64,000 bases of DNA from Desulfosoma sp. GTDB lineage: Bacteria > Desulfobacterota > Syntrophobacteria > Syntrophobacterales > DSM-9756. Positions within the stretch are counted from its first letter, which is position 1. Every line of letters starts with the position of its first letter. Location: the NCBI GenBank assembly GCA_037481835.1, contig JBBFKW010000014.1, positions 64,001 through 128,000 on the forward strand. Reading direction: 5' to 3'. Both the position numbers and the translations under genes were made by a program. Of this stretch, positions 9,055 to 19,200 are shown one piece after another. The notes below the pieces were generated by a model that was given only the letters and a program-made list of their open reading frames with translations, did no database searches and was not told the DNA's origin.

Positions 9055-12000
9055 ATGCGACTGCCCGAATTTGCCGTCCGTCAACCCGTCGCCACCTTGA
9101 TGCTGCTCCTCGCAGGCCTTCTTTTGGGGATCATGTCCCTTGTGCGCCTCAGCGTGGACATGTTCCCGGACATCAGCCCTCCGGTGGTTTCCATCCTGAC
9201 CACATGGCCGGGAGCCAGCGCGTCCGATGTGGAAACGGAAGTCACAAAGATCATCGAAGACCAGGTGAACGCCGTCAGCAACCTGGATACCCTGACGTCC
9301 AAGTCCTTGGACAACCTCTCCGTCGTCGTGTGCCGGTTCAACTGGGGGACGAACCTTTCCGTGGCCACCAACGACATCCGGGATTGGCTGGAAAGGGCCA
9401 AAAGGGACCTGCCGCCCGACGCCGAATCGCCCATGCTCTACAAGTTCAGCAGCGCCACGGCCCCCATCTTTTTCATCACGGTGACGGGAGAAACCAGCTG
9501 GCCCCGCTTGTACCACCTCGTGGACAAACGCATCTCGGACGAACTCAAAAGGGTTCCCGGCGTCGGGGCGATCCAGCTTTACGGAGGGCTGAGGCGCCGC
9601 ATCAACGTCTATTTCGACCTGGAAAAGGTGGAAGGATATCGCCTGTCGCTGGAGCAGGTGAACCGGGTGCTTGCTGCGGAAAACGTCAACATTCCGGCGG
9701 GAAGCGTTAAAGCGGGACAGAGAGAATACTTCGTGCGCGTGCCCGCCCGGTTTGGCGACGCCCGAGAAATGGAACGAACCGTCATAGGCTTTCACGAAGG
9801 GCGTCCGGTGTATTTGAAGGACATTGCCCGGGTGGAAGACGATTTCAAGCCCATGGAACTCAACGGCTGGGGGGACGGCAAGCCCGCCATCGTGCTCATT
9901 TTGCAAAAGCAGACGGGCGAAAATACTGTGGAAGTATCCCGAAGGGTGCGGGCGAAAATCGACGAAATCCAAAGGAGCCTCCCGACCGATGTGCGCATCC
10001 ACATCGTCATGGAAACGGCGGAAAACATCCTCACTTCCATCAAAAACCTTCGCAGCTCCCTCTACTACGGCATCCTCCTCGTCGTGCTGGTCACCGTGGT
10101 CTTTCTCCGCCAGATCCGATCGGCGCTCATCATTGCCTTGAGCATCCCCTTTTCTTTGATTCTCTCCTTCATCTTCCTGTTTCTTTTCGGCTACACCATC
10201 AACCTCATTTCCCTCATGTCCCTGGCCATTGCTTCCGGCATGGTGGTGGACAACGGGATCGTCGTCCTGGAAAACATCGTCCGGTACATGGAACGGGGCA
10301 CCCGGCGGACCTCGGCGGCCATGTTCGGGGCGGGGGAAATGGGGCTCGCCATTACGGCATCCACCCTCACCACCGTGGTGGTTTTCGTCCCGCTCATGTT
10401 TCTCACGGGCCTGGCGGGCATCATGTTCAAACAGCTGGGCTTCGTCGTGGTGGTCACCCTCATGGCCTCCCTGTTCACGGCCCTGACCCTGACCCCCATG
10501 CTGTGTTCCCAGTGGCTTCACCGGAGGCATTTCCAACCGGATCGGCACAAGGGCCTTGTGGGCAAACTGTACCGGGGCAGCGAAGCGGCCTTCCAGGCCG
10601 TGGAACGTTTTTACGAGGCGTCCCTGCAATGGGCGCTGCGCCACGGCAAGACAACCCTTTTTCTCGCCTTCGCCCTCTTTGCCAGCAGCCTGTCTTTGAT
10701 TCCCTTTCTGTCCACGTCCTTCATGCCCGAGGTGGACAGCGGGGACGTGCTCGTGGACTTTCGCCTTGCCGAAGGGACCCGGATCGAAGAAACCAACCGG
10801 GTGGTGGAAGCCATCCTGGAAAACATCGAAAGGATCGTGAGACCCGAAGAGTTTCGCCATTCCTACGCCTTTGCCGGCCAGTCCGAGGAAGGCATCGGGG
10901 TCGCCTTGGGGTTCGAAGAAGGGGCCAACGTGGGGTCCATCGGGTTCAAACTGGTGGATCGGGACAAGAGGGATCGAAGCGCCAAGGAAATTGCGGCGCT
11001 TCTTCGCAAGGAAGTCATCAAGATCCCGGGGATCAGCCGGATCATGGTGAGCGCCCAGGATCCCATCGCCCAAATCCTTAAGGGCCGCGGCAAAGCCATC
11101 TCCCTGGAGATTCAAGGGGCGGACATGGACGTCCTCATGGGGACGGCCGAACGGATTGAAAAGATCTTTCTTTCCATGGAAGGCCTCGTGGATGTGGAGA
11201 TCAGCCAGAAGCCTCCGCGTCCCGAACTGTGGGTCGTCATCGATCGGGAAAAGGCGGCCTCCCTTGGGCTTCGGGTGGCCCAGGTGGCGGACATCCTGAG
11301 AAACTTCTTCTACGGCAAGACGGCGAGCCTTTATCGGGACGCCGGGGACAGCTTCGATATCTTTACGCGCCTTTCAGAAGACGACAAGAACCGGCTGGAA
11401 AACCTTCTTCGCTCTCCGGTGCCCTTGCCCGACGGCCGAACGGTGCAGCTCAGGAACTTCGTCACCCTGCGGGAAGGCAGCGGGCCCATCGAGATCGAAC
11501 GCAAAAACCGGCAGAAGATCGTCAAGGTTGAAGCGGACTTGTTGGGCCGCTCCTTGGGTTCGGCCAGTGCCGAATTGCGCGAACGGCTGGCGTCCCTGGA
11601 CATCCCCGAAGGGGTGAGCCTGTCTTTTGGCGGGGATGTGGAGGAGCAGCAGAAGGCGTTTCGCGAATTGACCATCCTTTTCGTCTTGGGCATCGTGCTC
11701 GTCTACATGGTCATGGCGTCCCTTTTCGGCAATCTGAGGGACCCGCTGATCATCATGTTTTCCGTCCCCTTCGCCGTAAGCGGCGTGCTCTACGCCTTCT
11801 ACTTCACGGGAACGACCCTGGGGGTCGTCTCCTTCATGGGTGTGGTCATGCTCTTGGGGATTGTGGTCAATAACGCCATTGTCCTCCTGGACTACACGCA
11901 CCTTCTGGAAAAAAGAGGGCTGGGTCTTTTCGAAGCCGTCACCCAAGCCGGACGAAACCGCCTGCGCCCCGTGCTCATGACCACCCTCACCACCTTTTTC

Positions 12001-12168
12001 GGGATGCTGCCCATGGCCGTCTCCACCAGCGTGGGCGCGGAAACATGGAATCCCCTGGGGATCACCATGCTGGGGGGCTTGAGCCTTTCCAGCGCGGTGA
12101 CCCTCATTGTGGTTCCCACGTTTTACTACCTTCTGGAAAAGCGTCGCCGTGCTCTAAAAGGGCCGTGA
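9055..12168 (+). CDS. RND efflux transporter permease (AcrB/AcrD/AcrF family)
   Basis: 1037 aa; GMVVDNGIVVLENI, GIVVNNAIVLLD, RLRPVLMTTLTT. Confidence 0.95.
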   Translation: MRLPEFAVRQPVATLMLLLAGLLLGIMSLVRLSVDMFPDISPPVVSILTTWPGASASDVETEVTKIIEDQVNAVSNLDTLTSKSLDNLSVVVCRFNWGTNLSVATNDIRDWLERAKRDLPPDAESPMLYKFSSATAPIFFITVTGETSWPRLYHLVDKRISDELKRVPGVGAIQLYGGLRRRINVYFDLEKVEGYRLSLEQVNRVLAAENVNIPAGSVKAGQREYFVRVPARFGDAREMERTVIGFHEGRPVYLKDIARVEDDFKPMELNGWGDGKPAIVLILQKQTGENTVEVSRRVRAKIDEIQRSLPTDVRIHIVMETAENILTSIKNLRSSLYYGILLVVLVTVVFLRQIRSALIIALSIPFSLILSFIFLFLFGYTINLISLMSLAIASGMVVDNGIVVLENIVRYMERGTRRTSAAMFGAGEMGLAITASTLTTVVVFVPLMFLTGLAGIMFKQLGFVVVVTLMASLFTALTLTPMLCSQWLHRRHFQPDRHKGLVGKLYRGSEAAFQAVERFYEASLQWALRHGKTTLFLAFALFASSLSLIPFLSTSFMPEVDSGDVLVDFRLAEGTRIEETNRVVEAILENIERIVRPEEFRHSYAFAGQSEEGIGVALGFEEGANVGSIGFKLVDRDKRDRSAKEIAALLRKEVIKIPGISRIMVSAQDPIAQILKGRGKAISLEIQGADMDVLMGTAERIEKIFLSMEGLVDVEISQKPPRPELWVVIDREKAASLGLRVAQVADILRNFFYGKTASLYRDAGDSFDIFTRLSEDDKNRLENLLRSPVPLPDGRTVQLRNFVTLREGSGPIEIERKNRQKIVKVEADLLGRSLGSASAELRERLASLDIPEGVSLSFGGDVEEQQKAFRELTILFVLGIVLVYMVMASLFGNLRDPLIIMFSVPFAVSGVLYAFYFTGTTLGVVSFMGVVMLLGIVVNNAIVLLDYTHLLEKRGLGLFEAVTQAGRNRLRPVLMTTLTTFFGMLPMAVSTSVGAETWNPLGITMLGGLSLSSAVTLIVVPTFYYLLEKRRRALKGP

Positions 12169-12192
12169 TCCGCCGGCGTTTTGAGGTGATCC

Positions 12193-12489
12193 ATGGACAT
12201 GTACTGGATTTTCTACGATGCCTCCTTTGACGAAGACGTCATGGAAACCTTGGACCACTGTTGCGTGACGGGCTTTACCAAGTGGGACCGCGTCCTGGGC
12301 AAGGGCCCTCATGCCGTGCCCAAGATGGATAACGCCGTCTGGCCCGGGTACAACTGCGCCGTTCTCGTCGCCGTCCCCGACGAGGAGAGCAGCCGGCTGA
12401 AGACGTCCTTGCAGGAGCTGAGAAGGAATCTGGGAGGCCGCGGCATGGAAATCTTCCGCATGGCCGCCGAACGCATTGAAGATCGTTGA
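12193..12489 (+). CDS. Small P-II-like transporter-associated protein (PG0541-like)
   Basis: GFTKW..V.GKG....PKM.NAVWPGYN pattern; GAGGTG RBS; follows the RND permease. Confidence 0.7.
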   Translation: MDMYWIFYDASFDEDVMETLDHCCVTGFTKWDRVLGKGPHAVPKMDNAVWPGYNCAVLVAVPDEESSRLKTSLQELRRNLGGRGMEIFRMAAERIEDR

Positions 12490-12651
12490 GCGCCCCGTGC
12501 CGCACGGAGCCGCTCGGGGATCGCCTCGCCGTGGCGCCGCCACACCTGGGGCCGGCGCAATCCGACCCACCGGTACCGAGCCGGCCGGGACGCCATGCCA
12601 ACCGGAGCCCGTCGGCAGAAAGACGCCGCGATGATGGCACGCCTTCGGCCT

Positions 12652-13290
12652 TCAAGGGAGTCGGCGTTCCGTGATGCCCTCGGGGCCGATGCGGACCATG
12701 AAAAAGGGAGGGGCGGCATCCAAAGTGTTTTCGGCGCGGCGCCGGAGCAGCTCTTCCATGAGCTTTTCCGCCGCCTGCAGGTCTTCCGGCGTCCCGGAAA
12801 GCCGACTCACCCGCACTTCAAACCCCATGTGCCTCGGAATCGCCAAAGCGGAACCCAAGGCGATGCGTTCCACGGGTGCTCCGGCCGACTCCGCCCCGAG
12901 AAGCATCCAATGGGTGGACGGCGGATCGGAACGCAGGGAAACACCCGCAAGAAGAAGGTAATACCGGTCCAGCTCGGTCTCTTGCGGCCCGGAGCACTGA
13001 TCCGGGCTGCGCTGCAGAAGAGCGGCGTGGGCCCGGGCGAAGGGCAACGCCTTGGGAAAGATCCCTTCCACGTCCCAGAGGGCCTGGGATCGCACCGACT
13101 CGGCGAAACGATGTGTCAAAGCCAGCCCGATCCCAGCCCCTCCCGAAAGCATGACGACGGAAGGGGAAAGGTGGACGATCTTGCGCACCGTCTTTCTTTC
13201 CCAGCCTCCTTGGGCATCGGGGCACAGGGCCAAACTGTCTGTGGCCAAGAGGATCGTCTGCGGTGTATGGTAGCCGAAAATTTGGGTCAT
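12652..13290 (-). CDS. Hypothetical protein with Ntn-hydrolase/proteasome-beta-like N-terminus
   Basis: AAGGAG RBS; M-T1-QIFG...ILLAT-D17-S...RKIVHL...VVMLSGG. Confidence 0.65.
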   Translation of the reverse strand: MTQIFGYHTPQTILLATDSLALCPDAQGGWERKTVRKIVHLSPSVVMLSGGAGIGLALTHRFAESVRSQALWDVEGIFPKALPFARAHAALLQRSPDQCSGPQETELDRYYLLLAGVSLRSDPPSTHWMLLGAESAGAPVERIALGSALAIPRHMGFEVRVSRLSGTPEDLQAAEKLMEELLRRRAENTLDAAPPFFMVRIGPEGITERRLP

Positions 13291-13374
13291 GGATGGCTCC
13301 TTTGGATGGAAACGGCCCGCTCGACCCCGTGTCGGGCGTTCTTAACTCCATAACACGTTCGCAAGGGGGAGGTC

Positions 13375-14007
13375 ATGGATTTTGCGCAGCCGCAAGGAAC
13401 CCGGGGCGCATGCCGCATCGAACTGGAAGGGGGGGACGCCTTGGGCGCCTTGTTTCCGTGGTTTCAGTCCGGCGTCTGGGTGGTTCTTCCATCTGCCATG
13501 AGCGTCGAAGACCTTCTGACCCGACATTGGGGCTTGTCCCGAGACTTTGTGGAAAGCCGCGTGGGAACGGTTTTTCTCAACGGGATTCCCGTGGACGCCT
13601 TGGACGCCGCCCGCCTGGAAGACGGCGATGACCTGGCCCTTTCCGGACCCATGCCGGGGCTTGCCGGAGCCATCCTCAGGAAGAACAGCCCCTTGGCCGG
13701 GTTGCGCCATAAGCAAACCCATCCCATGCACGCGCCTTCCCGGGAGGCGTCCGAAATGCAGCGCATCCGCGTCAAGCTGTTCAACCAACTCATCGACGAC
13801 CTGGGTCCGGTTCTGCTCCGGCGAGGCATCCTTTTGGAAAGGGATCAACTCCTCGAGTGCCTGCGCGCCTGGGATCAATCCGCTCGACCCAAACCTCGAA
13901 GGGTGCTTTGGAACACGGAGGAAGTCACCCTCGATTATTTGAGCCATGAATTAAATAACGTATCAGACGATCCGATCCTCATCGTCGGCGAACCATTTCT
14001 GAATTGA
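13375..14007 (+). CDS. Hypothetical protein with a central ThiS/MoaD-like (beta-grasp) segment
   Basis: GGAGGT RBS; SVEDLL...TVFLNG.PVD.....LEDGDDLALSGPMPG. Confidence 0.65.
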   Translation: MDFAQPQGTRGACRIELEGGDALGALFPWFQSGVWVVLPSAMSVEDLLTRHWGLSRDFVESRVGTVFLNGIPVDALDAARLEDGDDLALSGPMPGLAGAILRKNSPLAGLRHKQTHPMHAPSREASEMQRIRVKLFNQLIDDLGPVLLRRGILLERDQLLECLRAWDQSARPKPRRVLWNTEEVTLDYLSHELNNVSDDPILIVGEPFLN

Positions 14008-14055
14008 CCCGGCAAGAACGACGGATACGTCTCAGATCTTGGGAAGACGACCGTT

Positions 14056-14391
14056 TTGATGATCGGCCTTGTTTTCGTCACCGTGCTCTTCGCCCCGCCG
14101 GCGCTCAGGGCCGACCCGGGCCCAACGGCCGCCTACGGAAAGTGCGTGGAAAAACATATCGCGCGGGCGGAAAAGAAGACGGATCTCAAGGACAGCCGCT
14201 CCGAAACCTTGCAGCGATGTGGCGGGGAAGCGCAAGAGAAAGCCGAGTGGTATCGCCGAAACAAAGTCGCCTTGGTGGAGGCCATGGGGGCGGCGCACGT
14301 GAAACCGGCCGGGCCTCACATGGACTACTTCCTCATCAAGGCCTATCAAGAGGGACACACCGGGGGATCTCTTGACTCCACAGGTCGATAG
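14056..14391 (+). CDS. Hypothetical exported protein
   Basis: Signal-peptide-like N-terminus ending ALRA|D; two Cys; 3' end overlaps the convergent photolyase. Confidence 0.55.
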   Translation: MMIGLVFVTVLFAPPALRADPGPTAAYGKCVEKHIARAEKKTDLKDSRSETLQRCGGEAQEKAEWYRRNKVALVEAMGAAHVKPAGPHMDYFLIKAYQEGHTGGSLDSTGR

Positions 14392-15851
14392 CGGCCGAGA
14401 TAGTCTTCCATGCGGATCTTTCGGACGGTGCTTTCCGAAGACATGTAGCGGATTTTTCCGAACACGGGACGTTCGGGACCCCAGGGCCGGTCATAGCGGC
14501 CGAGGATCCAAAAGATGCCGCTGTAGGAATTGGGGTCACGGCCGTCCAAGGCGTATCGGTTGTTCAGCTCGATCATGATTTCCAGGGCTTCCCGAGGCGA
14601 GCGGCTCCAGTGGAGGATCTTTTTCCCCCATAACATGCGAAGATAATTGTGGATCACGCCTTCTTCCAGGAGCTGGATCTGTGCGGCGTTCCAGACGGGA
14701 TCGTGCGTCCGGGCCTCCGCAAACTGTTCCAGGCTGTATAGGTAAGGGCGCGGGTCACCGGAGTGTTTATCCAGCGTCTCCGCAGCCCAGGCGGGCAAGG
14801 ATTCATAAGTGTCGAAGCGCGGTTCGTAGCGGCACATGGTGAACCCCAGTTCGCGCCATGTGATGAGCTGATCCAAAAACGCCTCGGCGCCTTCGCTGAG
14901 GCCCCACCACCCCTGGCGGGACCCCGCCGCTCGCGCGGAGAGCCTGTCCGGCGACCATCCTTCTTGTTCGCACACGGCCCAAAACACTTCATGGGCGCCG
15001 ATATGGCCGAAGTGGAGGTAGGGCGACAGGCCGCTTGTGGCCTCCTCGTCGGGATGGTTTCGATCCACGGCGTAGCGGGATAATTTGCAATGGAGAAAAT
15101 CCCGCAGGCGCCTTCTCGCCGCTTCCGTGCCGCCACAAGCGCTGCAGGCCCCCACCCGGTGATCCACGGGCAGGGACGACACCAGGGCGGGAATGTCCGC
15201 CATTGCCTCATCTGCGCACGGCGGCCACCGTTTGGGGATATCGCCGAGATCGACGTCCGGGCGCTTCCGAGGGAGCCGATCCAAAGGGTTTGCCGCAGGC
15301 TGCCATGGAAGATGTTTTTTCAAGGCGCCTTGAAGGTATCGTCTGAAGGCGAAGGCGGTTGCGAAAGCTTTGCCGGGGGCATCCAACGGAAGGAGGCCGT
15401 TGGCGTCCACTTTTTCCAAGAGCACGTCCAGCTTTCGGCCTGCGGCTTCAACGGCTCGCGGGATGAAGAAGGCGGGAAAGTCGTCCGTGACGACGACGCA
15501 GGCGCGCCGGCCGAGGGCGTGCAGGAGGCCCTTTCCTTCCCCCGGGGTTCTTTCCACGTAGGGGTAATAAAGCGCCGAGCCGGAACGGGCGCGCGCCGCG
15601 TTTTCCCGCATGCCCTGAAGAATGAAGGTGTGAAACCGATCGCTCGCCCAGGGGTAATCGCAACGCAAGGCTTCCAGGATGATCAGCGGTTTTCCCAGCT
15701 TCAGAGCCCACCACACGGCGCGATCCAGCGCGCCGTTTCCCGAAAGTCGCCGATAGGCCGTCATCCAGTAGAGCACATAGTCCCCATGAGGTCGCCACGG
15801 ATGGGGGTTCACGGCGCGAACGCGTTCGGCGGGAACTTGGATCTCTTTCAT
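14346..15851 (-). CDS. Deoxyribodipyrimidine photolyase, class II
   Basis: YVLYWM, TSGLSPYLHFGHI, THDPVWNAAQ, IHNYLRMLWGKKILHW, ALDGRDPNSYSGIFW. Confidence 0.92.
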   Translation of the reverse strand: MKEIQVPAERVRAVNPHPWRPHGDYVLYWMTAYRRLSGNGALDRAVWWALKLGKPLIILEALRCDYPWASDRFHTFILQGMRENAARARSGSALYYPYVERTPGEGKGLLHALGRRACVVVTDDFPAFFIPRAVEAAGRKLDVLLEKVDANGLLPLDAPGKAFATAFAFRRYLQGALKKHLPWQPAANPLDRLPRKRPDVDLGDIPKRWPPCADEAMADIPALVSSLPVDHRVGACSACGGTEAARRRLRDFLHCKLSRYAVDRNHPDEEATSGLSPYLHFGHIGAHEVFWAVCEQEGWSPDRLSARAAGSRQGWWGLSEGAEAFLDQLITWRELGFTMCRYEPRFDTYESLPAWAAETLDKHSGDPRPYLYSLEQFAEARTHDPVWNAAQIQLLEEGVIHNYLRMLWGKKILHWSRSPREALEIMIELNNRYALDGRDPNSYSGIFWILGRYDRPWGPERPVFGKIRYMSSESTVRKIRMEDYLGRYRPVESRDPPVCPS

Positions 15852-15890
15852 ATCATTGGACTTCTTTGATTTTCCGCCATGGGTCCCGTT

Positions 15891-17174
15891 TCAATAAAGG
15901 CCCCATACCCTGGGAAGCCACAGGCTCAATGCCGGGAACACGGCCACCAGCACCAGGGCCAGGAGCATGGCGGCGATAAAAGGAAGGGTGGCCAAAGACG
16001 CCTTTTCCAAAGAAATGCCTGCCAGGTTGGTCGTCACATAAAGGTTGACGGCCACAGGCGGCGTGAACTGTCCGATGGCCAGATTGAGCGTCATGACGAC
16101 GCCGAACCACAGGGGGTCCCAGCCGAAGTGGGCCATCACGGGAAGAAGGATGGGCAGGAAGACGTAATAGATGGAAATGGCGTCCAGGAGCATGCCTGCA
16201 ACGAAGATGAGGACGTTGACGAGGATCAGGACGACGGCCGGGTTCTGGGAAAGGGTGAGCAGCGCCCCGGCGATCTTTTCCATGACCCCGAGGGTCGATC
16301 CCGCCCAGCTGTAGAGGCCGGCCAGGGCCACGATGAGAAGGACCACGGCCGAAGACAAGGCGGCGTCCACCAGGATGTGGTAGAAGGCTTTGAGGGTCAG
16401 GCTCCTGTAGACGACGAACCCCAAGAACAGGCCGTAGAAGACGGCGATGATGGCGGCTTCCGTCGCCGTGAAGATGCCGCCGTAAATCCCGCCCAGGATG
16501 ACCAGCGGGGCGGCGAGCCCCCAAAAGGCCTCCTTCAAGGCTTTGACGATTTCCCCTAAAGTTCCGCGCCTTTCACCCATGTACCCGCGACGCTTGGAAA
16601 TCCAGTAGGCGGGAACGATGAGCGACAAACCGGCCAGGATGCCCGGAAAGACGCCCGCCGCAAACAGGGCCGGCACGGACGTGGTGGTGATCACCCCGTA
16701 GAGGATGAAAGCGATGCTGGGAGGGACGACAATGGCGGTGGACCCGCCGGCGGCGATCAAGGCGGCGCTGAAGTCCCTGTCGTAATTTTTCCGGGCCATG
16801 GCGGGAATGAGCACGGCCCCCATGGCCGCCGCATCGGCAGGCCCGGAGCCGCTCACCCCGCCGAAGAAGACGCAGACCAAGACCGCCACGATGGCCAGGC
16901 CGCCGGGAAGGGATCCCACGAGAAGGCTGGCCAGGTTCACGAGTCGCTGGGAAACGCCGCAGCGCTCCAGGATCATGCCCGCCAGGATGAAGAAGGGGAT
17001 GGCCAGAAGCGGATACTTGGCGATGCCGGCGTAGAAGTTGGACGACACCACGGGGATGCCCAAATGGAAGTGCCAGATCATGAAGACGGCCACACTTCCC
17101 AAAGCCACTGCAATGGGAATGCCCAAAAAGAGAAGGACCAAAAAGGCGAAAAAGAGCCAGAATGCCGGATCCAT
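15891..17174 (-). CDS. dctM: TRAP transporter large permease
   Basis: LLAIPFFILAG, FGGVSGSGPAD, IVVPPSI, GIFTATEAA, TPPVAVNLYV. Confidence 0.93.
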   Translation of the reverse strand: MDPAFWLFFAFLVLLFLGIPIAVALGSVAVFMIWHFHLGIPVVSSNFYAGIAKYPLLAIPFFILAGMILERCGVSQRLVNLASLLVGSLPGGLAIVAVLVCVFFGGVSGSGPADAAAMGAVLIPAMARKNYDRDFSAALIAAGGSTAIVVPPSIAFILYGVITTTSVPALFAAGVFPGILAGLSLIVPAYWISKRRGYMGERRGTLGEIVKALKEAFWGLAAPLVILGGIYGGIFTATEAAIIAVFYGLFLGFVVYRSLTLKAFYHILVDAALSSAVVLLIVALAGLYSWAGSTLGVMEKIAGALLTLSQNPAVVLILVNVLIFVAGMLLDAISIYYVFLPILLPVMAHFGWDPLWFGVVMTLNLAIGQFTPPVAVNLYVTTNLAGISLEKASLATLPFIAAMLLALVLVAVFPALSLWLPRVWGLY

Positions 17175-17184
17175 GACAGCCCTT

Positions 17185-17664
17185 CTAGGTGTTATCCCGC
17201 CACAGCACCAGGGTCCGTTGCAGAGCTCTCACCACAATGAGCACGCTCCCCAAGGGGACCGCCAAGGTATAGACCCACTGAGGCACCTGGAGGGCTTCGG
17301 AAAGTGTGCCCAGGAGCCTTTCGTCGCGCATCTGCAGGAGGCCGTAGTAGGTGAGGGCCCCGAAGACGAGGAGGATGAGCGCCATGGAAAGGACGAGCAC
17401 GGCACGCCTGAGGGGGAGGGGAAACCGGACGAAAACAAAGTGAAGACCCAGGTGGAGGCCTCGGCGAAACGCCGCGGCCCCCCCGAAGACGGTCAGATAC
17501 ACGAGCGCGCTCACTTCCACTTCCTCCACGAAAGCGAAGGAATAGTTGGTGCCGTAGCGGATCGCCACGTTGACGAAGGCGACGACGGCCATGACCAAGA
17601 GAAGAAGCGCGCACGCCGCTTCTTCAAAATTATCGCGAAGCCACAAAAGGGCGTTGCGAACCAT
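17185..17664 (-). CDS. dctQ: TRAP transporter small permease
   Basis: Four TM helices, F.EE...VYLTVFG.A.AFRRG.H; lies between dctP and dctM. Confidence 0.88.
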   Translation of the reverse strand: MVRNALLWLRDNFEEAACALLLLVMAVVAFVNVAIRYGTNYSFAFVEEVEVSALVYLTVFGGAAAFRRGLHLGLHFVFVRFPLPLRRAVLVLSMALILLVFGALTYYGLLQMRDERLLGTLSEALQVPQWVYTLAVPLGSVLIVVRALQRTLVLWRDNT

Positions 17665-17690
17665 CCCTGCCCGCTTTCCCTGGGGCCGCT

Positions 17691-18710
17691 CTATCGGCCG
17701 AGGATCTTTTCGGCCTGAGCGACCAGGTCCGCCCCGATCTTTTCTTTCCACTGGTCGTAGACGGATCGGGTCTTTTCCCGGAAGGCGGCGCGCATTTGAG
17801 GTGTAAAGACCGTCACTTCCATGCCGTTTTGCCGAAGGGTCTGCAAGGCGGCCATGTCCCCTTCAAGACCTTGTCGTGCCTGCTGCACTTCCCAGGCGCA
17901 GGCGTCCAGGGCCGCCTGCTTCAAGACGGCCTGGTCTTCTGGAGAAAAGGTCTTCCACGTTTCCTGGCTGGCGCCCAGGATCAGCGGGTCGATGGCGTAA
18001 TGCCAAATGCTTATGTGCTTGTGGACCTGCCACAGCTGGTAGGGGATGATGACGGCGTTCACAGGGTTTTCCTGTCCGTCCACGGTGCCCTGCTGGAAGG
18101 CGGTTTGGGCTTCGCCCCAGTTCATGTTGATGGGATTGGCGTCCAAAGCCCGAAAGGTGTCGATAAAGATCGGAGAGCCCACCACGCGGATCTTCAATCC
18201 TTTGAGGTCATCCGGGGCGGCCACGGCGCGGGTGCGATTGGTGAGTTCTCGAAAGCCGTTTTCCCCCCAGGCCAGGGGCACCACGCCGAGGGCTTCGACC
18301 TGGCGGAAGAGTTCCTGTCCCGGAGCTCCGTTTTTCACGGCGTCCAATTGAGCGTAGTCTTCAAAGAAGAAGGGCAGGGCGAACAGATTGAGCGAAGGCA
18401 CCTGGGGCGACCAGTTGATGGTGGAGGCCAGGGCGAAATCGATGACCCCTTGGCGCATGAGCATGAATTCGTTGGTTTGTTTGCCGGCGAAAAGCTGTCC
18501 CGCAAAATAGCACTTGATATTGATGCGCCCCTGGGTCCTTTCGCGGACCAAGTCGGCGAATTTTTGCGCCCCTTCGCCCCACGGCCCTTTCGGCCCGACG
18601 ACGATGCTCATCTTGTATTCGTCCTTGTACGAGCCGGCCCACCCCGCGCACGGGGCCAGGGAGACGACGGCGAACGCCACCAGGAGCATCCAGACAGCTT
18701 TTCTTTTCAT
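17691..18710 (-). CDS. dctP: TRAP transporter solute-binding protein
   Basis: Signal peptide, WGENGFRELTN, DLKGLKIRV, GTVDGQENP; AAGGAGG RBS. Confidence 0.93.
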   Translation of the reverse strand: MKRKAVWMLLVAFAVVSLAPCAGWAGSYKDEYKMSIVVGPKGPWGEGAQKFADLVRERTQGRINIKCYFAGQLFAGKQTNEFMLMRQGVIDFALASTINWSPQVPSLNLFALPFFFEDYAQLDAVKNGAPGQELFRQVEALGVVPLAWGENGFRELTNRTRAVAAPDDLKGLKIRVVGSPIFIDTFRALDANPINMNWGEAQTAFQQGTVDGQENPVNAVIIPYQLWQVHKHISIWHYAIDPLILGASQETWKTFSPEDQAVLKQAALDACAWEVQQARQGLEGDMAALQTLRQNGMEVTVFTPQMRAAFREKTRSVYDQWKEKIGADLVAQAEKILGR

Positions 18711-18898
18711 GGTTCGGCCTCCTTCGATCGTTGATGGTTAGGGGGTTGTCCTCAACGAGCCCCGCCCGTCCCCGGCGCAGGCTCGATCCGAACCGCGTGC
18801 CGCATCCCTCGTTTTTCATCTGCGCCATAGGTGCCTCGACCGTCGAGGAATGTCAACACCATCCTTGGGTTGAAACAACGCCGATGCCGCGGGGCGAA

Positions 18899-19188
18899 AC
18901 AACGAAGGATGGAAGTCTTGGGGTTACGGTGTGTTGCTGAGACTTTTATTTAGACCCCCATCACGGCCAGCCCGTGACAAAGAAGGATGAGAGTCTTGGG
19001 GTTACGGTGTGCTACAGAGACTTTTATTTAAATCCCCATCACGGCCAGCCCGTGACAAGGAAGGATGAGAGTCTTGGGGTTACGGTGTGCTACAGAGACT
19101 TTTATTTAGACCCCCATCACGGGCAGCCCGTGACAAAGAAGGATGAGAGTCTTGGGGTTACGGTGTGCTACAGAGACTTTTATTTAAA
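18899..19188. repeat. Tandem array of a 78-bp unit (about 3.7 copies)
   Basis: Unit ACAAAGAAGGATGAGAGTCTTGGGGTTACGGTGTGCTACAGAGACTTTTATTTARAYCCCCATCACGGSCAGCCCGTG starts at 18899, 18977, 19055 and 19133; the first copy is the most diverged. Confidence 0.95.
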
Positions 19189-19200
19189 GATGCTGGGAGA

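Noticed and set aside
18711..18898. Riboswitch upstream of dctP
   Set aside because: Only short hairpins; no aptamer consensus recognised.
18899..19188. CRISPR array
   Set aside because: Units are near-identical over all 78 bp with no unique spacers, and no cas genes are in the window.
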